Positions 40,889-48,542 of a stretch of DNA of 53,603 nucleotides are shown here, piece by piece. This DNA comes from Patescibacteria group bacterium. Its GTDB lineage: Bacteria > Patescibacteriota > Patescibacteriia > S139-126 > S139-133. The first letter of the stretch is position 1, and every line of letters starts with the position of its first letter. Made by a program: the position numbers and the translations under genes. Below the pieces are notes generated by a model. The model had not been told where the DNA came from. It did no database searches and saw only the letters and a list, made by a program, of their open reading frames with translations. The DNA lies in NCBI GenBank assembly GCA_049604715.1, contig JBMYTV010000003.1, forward strand, positions 70,228 through 123,830, in the 5' to 3' direction.

Positions 40889-40975
40889 GCATTGACTTTT
40901 CCTTAAAAACATGCTTTAAACAGATCACCTGACAAAAAGTCAGAACCCCATCACTAACGCACTGAGGAGTTTCAC

Positions 40976-41188
40976 GTGAACATGAACCCGATCATCCGGT
41001 TTATCGCCCAAGGAGGGAAATTGCATTCTCCCGAAGGGATCAAACTTTTGAAACGGGTTGACGACTTCACGATCAGCACCGCGGTTGAAACAAATCGCAC
41101 AGCTGCGGTTGCAATGACGTCGCTTATTAATGCAACACAGGATGTGTATCTACGCAGGAAAATCCTGCGAGCACTAGGCGGGTCATAA
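40976..41188 (+). CDS. Small orphan protein (70 aa)
   Basis: SD GAGGAG 6 nt before GTG; strong terminator right after. Confidence 0.6.
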   Translation: MNMNPIIRFIAQGGKLHSPEGIKLLKRVDDFTISTAVETNRTAAVAMTSLINATQDVYLRRKILRALGGS

Positions 41189-41203
41189 TACATAGAACAC
41201 AAT

Positions 41204-41231
41204 ATCCACCGAAACTTTCGGTGGATTTTTT
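41204..41231 (+). terminator. Intrinsic terminator
   Basis: ATCCACCGAAA-C-TTTCGGTGGAT followed by a T run. Confidence 0.8.
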
Positions 41232-41247
41232 CCGGCAATAACAGTTA

Positions 41248-41604
41248 TTAATCCAAGAACTTCTTAACATCAGCCTTAAAGTAACTTGGTCCCTTTACCA
41301 TTTTGTATTCATGGTAATCCTTGCTCATATTTGAGTTATGGACCTCCTCAAATATTGCTTCGATCCTATCTTGCAAACCATGTTCTAAAATAGTTCCATA
41401 TACTGCATAAAGAATATCAGCTAATTCTTTAGCAACATTTTCAATATCACTGTTTTGAACTCCTGCGAGATATTCTTCAACTTCGTCTTTCATAAGACGG
41501 TATCTATTGTCGGATCTATCCTTAGGAATCAGTGAAGGCTTATCAGAGACAAGTGCCCTAAATTTTTTATGAAACTCACTCACTAAATCAATTTGCTTTT
41601 TCAT
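41248..41604 (-). CDS. MazG-like/PRA-PH nucleotide pyrophosphohydrolase
   Basis: VSEFH, LMKDEVEEY, KELADILY, EVHNSNMSK, KGPSY. Confidence 0.88.
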   Translation of the reverse strand: MKKQIDLVSEFHKKFRALVSDKPSLIPKDRSDNRYRLMKDEVEEYLAGVQNSDIENVAKELADILYAVYGTILEHGLQDRIEAIFEEVHNSNMSKDYHEYKMVKGPSYFKADVKKFLD

Positions 41605-41673
41605 ATAAAAATTAATCTTTCAATAATATCTCTAATCCTTTATAAAATCGTGCGCAGTATTAATAGTCACTCA

Positions 41674-42762
41674 TCACAACTGCCCCAGTTCTTTCTGACG
41701 CTCTATCTCCTCTTCACTACGCAATCTATCGCGTAGTTTTTTATGCTCAATTATCCGCGCCGGGTCATACTGGGTATCAGCTAATACATTTGCAGCAATA
41801 TAAGACCAAAGCCGAATACGCGCACGAGTTAACTCCTGATGATCACCTGTAGTCACTTTTTCTGCGCGACTATAGTATGCTAGTAAATAAGCAATCTTAT
41901 AAAGCCGCATTAGCTTGAGAGTCTTATATTCACTCTTGGCTCTATTTTTTTCTACAAACTCCAGCAGATACTTCTCTAACTCTGGATTAAACAAAACCAT
42001 ATAGTTAATAAGTCTCGCCCATGACTCGTATTTGTTACCAAAAGTGAGTGCAGTGTGGTCAAGCAAGTACATACGTCCATCTGAAACCCGTATATTATGC
42101 GGTACAAAATCATCATGAGTCAAAAACTCCCCATATACATGTAGCAAATCCTGTGAAGACTCAAATAGCGTATGTATATTATCAATAATACTAGCTATCT
42201 CCCCATCACAATCCTGCTTAAACTTTTCTATATTTTCTATATATTGACTAGGTTTAGTAAAACCAAAAACTTTTTGCACAAACTTTCTATGTTCATGTGT
42301 TGTTGCATGCGCACCTTCTTGAGCCTCAAGTCCCTGCATACTTAAGAAAAATTGCTCTTTTGAATCAAGGTGTAAAAATGCCTTATCCTGAGAAATATAT
42401 TCTGTAACAACAACTAACAAATCATGTTTTTCTATGCTAGCGATCTCTTTTGGTGAATAAAATCTATTATATGCAAAAGGCAATGCGTCTAATGACTTCC
42501 GTGTTTTTTGTTCGCGCTTTATTTCTTTTTTAGCCTCAGGATCACTACTCACCTTTACTACCACACGCCTACCATCAGATGCTTTACCAATAAGTACTAA
42601 TTTTTTGCGCGAGTCTGCTCCATCCATCAAAAGCAAGCATCGCTCTCCTTGAATATGTACTTGAATATCATCCAGCTCAATACCAAGCTCATCAAGCAGT
42701 GGCTGCGTACGCTTGAGCTCTGAGGATACATATTCCTTCCATGTGGAGTTTGTGTTGGTCAT
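41674..42762 (-). CDS. APH/kinase-like phosphotransferase
   Basis: VVVKVS..E, THDDFVPHNI, YLLD. Confidence 0.7.
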   Translation of the reverse strand: MTNTNSTWKEYVSSELKRTQPLLDELGIELDDIQVHIQGERCLLLMDGADSRKKLVLIGKASDGRRVVVKVSSDPEAKKEIKREQKTRKSLDALPFAYNRFYSPKEIASIEKHDLLVVVTEYISQDKAFLHLDSKEQFFLSMQGLEAQEGAHATTHEHRKFVQKVFGFTKPSQYIENIEKFKQDCDGEIASIIDNIHTLFESSQDLLHVYGEFLTHDDFVPHNIRVSDGRMYLLDHTALTFGNKYESWARLINYMVLFNPELEKYLLEFVEKNRAKSEYKTLKLMRLYKIAYLLAYYSRAEKVTTGDHQELTRARIRLWSYIAANVLADTQYDPARIIEHKKLRDRLRSEEEIERQKELGQL

Positions 42763-43694
42763 AAACCTTTTGAAAGTAATTCTTGTATATGATAATCCCA
42801 GGACAAATTTTCTTGAACAAATTTATCAACTGCTCCTGATTGCTCACCCCTGCCAGAGATAATATCCTGAACCACATGTGACAAATCATCAACTGATGAA
42901 ACATATGTGACGACCCCTGATGGCAAAAGTGATTCATATTCTGACAAAACAACAACCGGTGTACCAGTCTGCAAGCTCACATATACATCCAAAAGAGACC
43001 TATATGAATCATCAAGCACTATATGTACTTTTGCGCTTTGTACAAGATACTGACGCTCAGCAAGTGACTTGTCTTCAAGTATGAGGGTATCATACTGACT
43101 ACCTATTACTTGTACTACTTCATTATCATTCTCGCTGATAACGCAGTCGATGCTGCTTAGATTAAATGGCAACTTAAGCACAGTTACCTGCGGATCATAT
43201 ACTAGTCGCACTTTATCTACAGACAATGCATAAATCTGCTCTAGGTCCTTTTTAAGCGCTGGAGAATTTACTATCACTTGAACAGCATTTTTGAGCACAT
43301 ACTTAGTTATTCTTTTTTGCCACTTTGATACGCTTCCTGACCGCTTCCTCATCGCAATCTCATCAAATGGCACATGAATGTACAAGTCCTTCCCTAAAAT
43401 TTTTGCAGCGATCACGGCCGGCAAGCCTACAGCAAGTATTTCATGTACAATAACCATATCATACCCAAGCATAAGACGAAGTAGCTTTATAAACATGACA
43501 ACCAATCGCACAGCAGTAGGCAACGACTTCTTCACTGCTTGCACAGCAAAAGCATCATCTTGAATATAGTGGTTTGCAAGACAGGCTACAGTGACTGTAT
43601 GCTCTTTTGATGCCATGTGGGCAAAACGCCGACTATAAATAGCGCTAGCGCTTGTTTCTGGTGGGTATACTGGAGTAACAAATAATACCTTCAT
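42759..43694 (-). CDS. Divergent glycosyltransferase (GT4-like)
   Basis: MKVLFVTPVYPPE N-terminus, VIVNS, GTPVV, FVQENLSWD; shortened C-domain. Confidence 0.7.
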   Translation of the reverse strand: MKVLFVTPVYPPETSASAIYSRRFAHMASKEHTVTVACLANHYIQDDAFAVQAVKKSLPTAVRLVVMFIKLLRLMLGYDMVIVHEILAVGLPAVIAAKILGKDLYIHVPFDEIAMRKRSGSVSKWQKRITKYVLKNAVQVIVNSPALKKDLEQIYALSVDKVRLVYDPQVTVLKLPFNLSSIDCVISENDNEVVQVIGSQYDTLILEDKSLAERQYLVQSAKVHIVLDDSYRSLLDVYVSLQTGTPVVVLSEYESLLPSGVVTYVSSVDDLSHVVQDIISGRGEQSGAVDKFVQENLSWDYHIQELLSKGL

Positions 43695-43736
43695 ATGACT
43701 ATATCCTACCTTGAGTGGTTAGCTTTAGCAATATTA

Positions 43737-43762
43737 AAAGCCGCTACACTTATTTGTAGCGG
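43737..43762 (-). terminator. Intrinsic terminator
   Basis: CCGCTACA-6nt-TGTAGCGG followed by CTTTT on the minus strand. Confidence 0.6.
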
Positions 43763-43776
43763 ACTTGAAACAATGA

Positions 43777-44070
43777 TCATGTGATGAGCTTTGCTTTTTT
43801 CCGCCTTCTATTCTTTTTCTTCTTGTGCTTGACCGTTTTTTCACGGGGCTGTTCTCCAAATTTAATTTGTCTATACTTCGTAGGCGTCATCACCCAAACA
43901 CCGTACGGCCAATCATGATACCAATAGTGGTACTTTTCAGCTGCCTGCTTCTTTTGTCTTTCAAGATCATGTGGATCATTTGTGTTCACAGAAGTGAAAA
44001 GGTCATACGACGTTCCATTGAATTTGTCTTTATTTCGACCACGAACAACAATTACACATTCTGTACTCAT
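43777..44070 (-). CDS. Orphan protein with basic C-terminal tail (97 aa)
   Basis: SD AGGAG 7 nt before ATG 44070 (MSTECVIVV...); ends KHKKKKNRRRKKAKLIT. Confidence 0.6.
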   Translation of the reverse strand: MSTECVIVVRGRNKDKFNGTSYDLFTSVNTNDPHDLERQKKQAAEKYHYWYHDWPYGVWVMTPTKYRQIKFGEQPREKTVKHKKKKNRRRKKAKLIT

Positions 44071-44157
44071 GGCCATGCTCCTTTTTGTTAAAATGCAACT
44101 CAAGTAATTTAAGGAAGTAATATACCACAGACCATTCAAAATAGCCATGGTTTAGCA

Positions 44158-44299
44158 TTGACTTTCTTGTGTAACTCATGTATTGTTGCAGCGTAAGTCT
44201 CTCACATATGTTTCTCTTTTCGCGCCTGGTTATCAGGTCGACTGTAAGAAAATTTGAGAATAGTCGGTCTTACGTTTAAAAATAACCAGGATTCATTCT
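44158..44299 (+). promoter_or_regulatory. Promoter and structured ~108-nt 5' leader of the RRM gene
   Basis: TTGACT-17nt-TATTGT; several long complementary segments in the leader. Confidence 0.7.
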
Positions 44300-44572
44300 A
44301 TGGATAATGCAAAATTGTACGTAGGTAACCTTGAATATGGTGTTACTGATGCTTCACTTGGCGAACACTTCGCACAAGCTGGCACAGTTTCATCAGCTAG
44401 TGTTATCACTGATCGTGCAACAGGTCGTTCAAAAGGATTTGGTTTTGTTGAAATGTCTTCTGCAGAAGAAGCACAAGCAGCAATCGAAAGCCTTGATGGA
44501 AGCGAAATCAATGGACGCCCTATCAAAGTAAGCGAAGCTCGCCCACAGCAGCCTCGTGAACGTAACTTCTAA
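44300..44572 (+). CDS. Single-RRM RNA-binding protein
   Basis: RNP2 LYVGNL, RNP1 KGFGFVEM, VSEARP. Confidence 0.96.
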   Translation: MDNAKLYVGNLEYGVTDASLGEHFAQAGTVSSASVITDRATGRSKGFGFVEMSSAEEAQAAIESLDGSEINGRPIKVSEARPQQPRERNF

Positions 44573-44584
44573 GATTCTTAGAAG

Positions 44585-44615
44585 AAAAACCCCCCGCCAA
44601 ATGGCGGGGGTTTTT
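44585..44615. terminator. Bidirectional intrinsic terminator
   Basis: AAAAAC-CCCCCGCCA-A-ATGGCGGGGG-TTTTT. Confidence 0.88.
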
Positions 44616-44616
44616 G

Positions 44617-45015
44617 TTATTTGGTTAATTCCCGGAATGTCATCTCATCTCCGTATTCCATAAACTCATCTTGATATTGCTCAGGAAAGTACCCTTCACG
44701 ACTTGAATGCTTAATAGCGCACCAATACTGCTCAGTCACATTTGCGATCTTTGCACCATACCGAAACCATCCATTTACATAACCACAATAAACGCAGTTC
44801 ATTTTATCAAACCATCCTAAGTATTCTAGTTTATGACGATCAATCGCAATATACTTTTTACGGCTAATATATTCTAAGCCATATAATGGAAAACAAATAC
44901 GATGATAAAGCTCTATTACAATATCCGCAAGTATAATTGGCACAATATTTACCCAAATAAATGGGGTAGATAAAATATGCCTTAACCTCCTGTCCTGTTG
45001 TTTCTTATAATCCAT
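44617..45015 (-). CDS. Hypothetical protein with Cys motifs
   Basis: One TM; IDRHKL, NCVYCGY, EQYWCAIKH. Confidence 0.75.
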   Translation of the reverse strand: MDYKKQQDRRLRHILSTPFIWVNIVPIILADIVIELYHRICFPLYGLEYISRKKYIAIDRHKLEYLGWFDKMNCVYCGYVNGWFRYGAKIANVTEQYWCAIKHSSREGYFPEQYQDEFMEYGDEMTFRELTK

Positions 45016-45159
45016 ACAAAATGTTTTAGATTTTATCGTAGCAGAAAAATAGTTTTATTACCAGTTAATACTTGACAGTTCTTAAGTATTAAATTATAGC
45101 TATACTGTCAGTATCAAATAATAAGGGACTTTACCAATCTATAAACCAAAGGAGGCATT

Positions 45160-45588
45160 ATGACAAAAAAGTCTGATGCAGAAAAAAGCTTTACCGCAAA
45201 GGACGGGATCATCTTTTTCATCAAAGGATGGTTCATCACAATTGTATTCACAATAATCTTTGCATCATTCGAATGGATTACTGTACAAGAAACATCTCTT
45301 CCTTTAGCGCATATTACCGTGCCAATATTTGTAGCAACAATTATCTGGGTTATTATCCGGGTGACATATGTACTCATATTCACGTTTGTTGTGATAATGA
45401 CTTCATTTCTCTGGCTGTTTGGCACTGGTATGGTTTTCGCATTTGTCGGATGGGCCGTATTTAAAGTTGTAGGATATGTATTCACCGGAGTGATACTACC
45501 AACTGAAGATCAAATGCTACTTGCGTTTATGGGTTTCTTCTATTCATGCACTATTCTTATTGACGAAGAAGTGCGGCAATCGCTGTAA
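45160..45588 (+). CDS. Orphan multi-TM membrane protein
   Basis: TTGACA promoter at 45072, SD AAGGAGG, hydrophobic 142 aa, terminator. Confidence 0.7.
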   Translation: MTKKSDAEKSFTAKDGIIFFIKGWFITIVFTIIFASFEWITVQETSLPLAHITVPIFVATIIWVIIRVTYVLIFTFVVIMTSFLWLFGTGMVFAFVGWAVFKVVGYVFTGVILPTEDQMLLAFMGFFYSCTILIDEEVRQSL

Positions 45589-45597
45589 CAAAAAATT

Positions 45598-45622
45598 AAA
45601 CTGACCAAATTGGTCAGTTTTT
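45598..45622. terminator. Bidirectional intrinsic terminator
   Basis: AAACTGACCA-AAT-TGGTCAGTTT-TT. Confidence 0.75.
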
Positions 45623-45641
45623 AAAATACTGAATTACTGGA

Positions 45642-46436
45642 TTACCAATTCCCTACTACAATCATCACCTTTCTCTGCTCTACTATAGGCACATGATACC
45701 CTGTCTCATAGTCCCGAATAGCATTAAAAAGAACATCACTAGTGTATCTAAAGTCTTTTCCAAACTTCGTCCCTGGATCATTTGTTATAAACTCATTTGT
45801 ATCATTATCATACCCTATAACAACTAACATATGCCTCTCAGGGCCACCATCTGTAAAATGCGGATTATATAACGCTCGCCCATCAGCAGGGATTATAACA
45901 AGACCCTCTTGTAAGGATGTGATAATGTTATCAACGCTCTCTACTTTTTTTAAACTTACATTTTCATACGCATAGTAACCATTAAAAATATAATCAATTA
46001 CATCAGATGCGCTTGTATCAAGGTGTGCTCCATACTGTTCATTTTCATAAGCATCTATCTCAAGTAATCTTTCCTTTACCTTCTCAGTATCAGGCAACTG
46101 TTCTCCTTGTACCCAAGCCATTGCCATCAACACTGACGCCTCTTCGCATGCATTTTGTTGCCGTATATCCTCCCACTCACCTGTTGGCGATTGGGACGTG
46201 AATGGCACATCATACAATACACTTTTTTCCTCTATGCCCTCTTCATGCACTACAACATCTTCTTGCTCAACAACCCCTTGCTCAGGTTCTTGTAGATATA
46301 ACTCATTCGCTGGAGCAGTTACCAAAAAACGTGAATGCGACAATGGCGCATCAAGACTTCCTACCCACAACAAAACAGCAACCAAGCTTACGCTTGGCAT
46401 CATACTTATAAAATAAATAACATACTTTATGCGCAT
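45642..46436 (-). CDS. C39-like peptidase, membrane anchored
   Basis: DVPFTSQSP, NACEEAS (Cys), HMLVVIGYD (His), ITNDPGT (Asp); start moved to ATG 46436. Confidence 0.85.
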   Translation of the reverse strand: MRIKYVIYFISMMPSVSLVAVLLWVGSLDAPLSHSRFLVTAPANELYLQEPEQGVVEQEDVVVHEEGIEEKSVLYDVPFTSQSPTGEWEDIRQQNACEEASVLMAMAWVQGEQLPDTEKVKERLLEIDAYENEQYGAHLDTSASDVIDYIFNGYYAYENVSLKKVESVDNIITSLQEGLVIIPADGRALYNPHFTDGGPERHMLVVIGYDNDTNEFITNDPGTKFGKDFRYTSDVLFNAIRDYETGYHVPIVEQRKVMIVVGNW

Positions 46437-46440
46437 ATTG

Positions 46441-47082
46441 TTACCAGACAAGATAAGTCTTATATAGCAACACAAGCAGAATCACGTATGTCGTCACATT
46501 TGCCCATTTACTACCACTATATAGCTTGAGCGCCGTACCAAGCATTTTATTGGACCTAAATGGCGTACCATTAAAATTAATACCAGCATACAGTTCATCA
46601 AGCACGAGATGGGCAACATACCCCAAGGCAAAACCAATACCAAACCATAAAGCAAGATTCATATCACCGCTAAAGTACATCACCGATTGAAAACCAACTA
46701 ACCCTGCAATTAATGCGGCTGGAATTGAGTGAAACATACCACGGTGCTTAGTTAACTTCATAAATATCAAACGAAGAACAAACCACACCACTACAAAAGA
46801 TACGCTTACTGCTATCACTAGCTGTTTTGCATCCCATCCATACTGCAGATACACCCAATAAACAACAATACCAAGGACTATAGATGTGAATAATGAGTAA
46901 ATTATGGAAAACACAATACTTGCATCACTATCAAGGTCAGGCATAAACGAGCCAATCACAATGGCTAAAAACAGTGCGCTGGGCACTGCAAAACCAGTTA
47001 CAATAGAGTTAATAACAAAAGCACCGGTTACAAATACTGCAACAAGTAATCCAAAACCAATATGTCCGCGAAATGATGCCAT
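46441..47082 (-). CDS. Membrane metal-dependent hydrolase (YdjM-like)
   Basis: GH, PDLD, HRGMFHS, HLVLDE. Confidence 0.88.
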   Translation of the reverse strand: MASFRGHIGFGLLVAVFVTGAFVINSIVTGFAVPSALFLAIVIGSFMPDLDSDASIVFSIIYSLFTSIVLGIVVYWVYLQYGWDAKQLVIAVSVSFVVVWFVLRLIFMKLTKHRGMFHSIPAALIAGLVGFQSVMYFSGDMNLALWFGIGFALGYVAHLVLDELYAGINFNGTPFRSNKMLGTALKLYSGSKWANVTTYVILLVLLYKTYLVW

Positions 47083-47139
47083 ATTTTATTACTTTTTCCA
47101 GTTACTTAATTTAAAAACTATCAAACTATTACTATGAGT

Positions 47140-48168
47140 CTATGTAGAGGTCAAAAAGTCCTTATCAACAAACTCATTTCCAGCTATATAAGACTCAAAA
47201 TCTGTACTAAAAGGATCTCGTGGATTTGTGATAGCATAAAAAGCTATATATTCTTCGCTGCTGGCATCCTCATAGTCACCCAGCGGCAACTTTAACTTCA
47301 CTGCACCGAGGTTTTGAGCAAACTCTCTTTCCTTTGTATCAGGACTTTTTACAAGACCCTTTTTGTGCAGCTTGCCTTGTGTTCCAACATGCATAAAAAG
47401 CGTTTGTCCAAAATTATACAGCTTGCTAAATGGCTGCTTGGGGTCTTGTATCATACGAGCCAAAACCCTATACAGCAACTTCGGGTTTGAACGAACTAAG
47501 GCAACAGTTTTCTCAAAATCGCTCTGACTATCACCATTGCCGTCCTTGAAAAAATCTCTACTATCAACCTGCGTCGACTCAAGAACGGTATTATCCCCAG
47601 CAACATCGTCAATTACCTCTTGATTTGATGCAAATGGACGTGAGCCATCTTGTTCACCAAAAGCATCCTTTCCATACCCACAAATAACATCCTGCAATGA
47701 ATAACTAAATCTGTTGTTACGCGCGTTGTTCATGCGATTGTAGGCAACATATCCAATCAATGCAGCCACCACGGGATGTTTACTATCCTCGGAAAACATC
47801 ATCCGCGCCATTAGATTGGTATCACTTCGCGGGTCAGTATCCTCTACTACCTCCGATACTATATTCTTAGCTGAATCAGGGTGCATAAATGCGTTTTCTC
47901 TAATATATGCCTCTACTTTTGGCCACATTACACCTTCCGTTAAAAGCTCGGCCTTCTCAACAGTATCCTCATACTCACTTGGAACAGGGCCACTTTCACC
48001 CACTTCAACATAGCCCTTTCGCGTATGCTCTGGGTTACTATCCTTGAACAAATCAGAAGGCATCATAGCAGCGCCAGCCAAACCAAATCCTAGTTTCTTT
48101 AAAAATTTACGACGACTTTCGTCGTAAGAGTCGTCTTTTTTTTCTGGTGATCTTCTCCTTCTTTCCAT
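47140..48168 (-). CDS. Twin-arginine-motif protein with SleB/CwlJ-like (Hydrolase_2) segment
   Basis: SRRKFLKKLGFGLAGAAM; LMARMMFSE...ALIGYVAYNRM...SLQDVI. Confidence 0.6.
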   Translation of the reverse strand: MERRRRSPEKKDDSYDESRRKFLKKLGFGLAGAAMMPSDLFKDSNPEHTRKGYVEVGESGPVPSEYEDTVEKAELLTEGVMWPKVEAYIRENAFMHPDSAKNIVSEVVEDTDPRSDTNLMARMMFSEDSKHPVVAALIGYVAYNRMNNARNNRFSYSLQDVICGYGKDAFGEQDGSRPFASNQEVIDDVAGDNTVLESTQVDSRDFFKDGNGDSQSDFEKTVALVRSNPKLLYRVLARMIQDPKQPFSKLYNFGQTLFMHVGTQGKLHKKGLVKSPDTKEREFAQNLGAVKLKLPLGDYEDASSEEYIAFYAITNPRDPFSTDFESYIAGNEFVDKDFLTST

Positions 48169-48252
48169 ATAAAAAATGGAATTAATCTATTTATAACTTC
48201 TTAAGTATATCATTATTAAAACTAAAATTGGATAATAAAGCGCATAAAACAG

Positions 48253-48280
48253 AAAAACACGCTATCACTAGCGTGCTTTT
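48253..48280 (-). terminator. Terminator after tRNA-Lys
   Basis: CACGCTA-GTGA-TAGCGTG-TTTTT on the minus strand. Confidence 0.75.
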
Positions 48281-48282
48281 CA

Positions 48283-48357
48283 TGGTGGGCCGTATAGGGA
48301 TCGAACCTATGACGCCCAGGTTAAAAGCCTGGCGCTCTACCACTGAGCTAACGGCCC
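48283..48357 (-). tRNA. tRNA-Lys(TTT)
   Basis: GGGCCGT/ACGGCCC acceptor stem, CCAGG-CTTTTAA-CCTGG anticodon arm, GTTCGAT T loop, encoded CCA; 75 nt. Confidence 0.97.
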
Positions 48358-48400
48358 ACGTATACTGAAAAATAGCTACAGAAAGTCTATAGCTTCGCCT

Positions 48401-48429
48401 ACTATAACACATATTCTTGATCCTGACAA
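48401..48429 (-). promoter_or_regulatory. sigma70 promoter of tRNA-Lys
   Basis: TTGTCA-17nt-TATAGT with TGn extension. Confidence 0.75.
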
Positions 48430-48440
48430 TACGAAGCAAA

Positions 48441-48520
48441 CTATACACAGGTGTGTAAAACTATAGTGGATGAAACCTGTATGAGAAAGGTTGCAGAATC
48501 ACCACTCACTCTCGTACAAT
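48441..48520 (+). promoter_or_regulatory. dnaB promoter with upstream DnaA-box-like sites
   Basis: CTATACACA 48441, TGTGTAAAA 48452, AGTGGATGA 48465; TTGCAG-18nt-TACAAT. Confidence 0.55.
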
Positions 48521-48542
48521 ACATGTAGTAACCTCCTCCCCT

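Noticed and set aside
40972-41238. 88-aa minus-strand ORF
   Set aside because: Overlaps the plus-strand 70-aa ORF that has the SD and terminator; begins within the terminator region
48191-48448. 85-aa minus-strand ORF
   Set aside because: Runs through tRNA-Lys and its promoter; spurious
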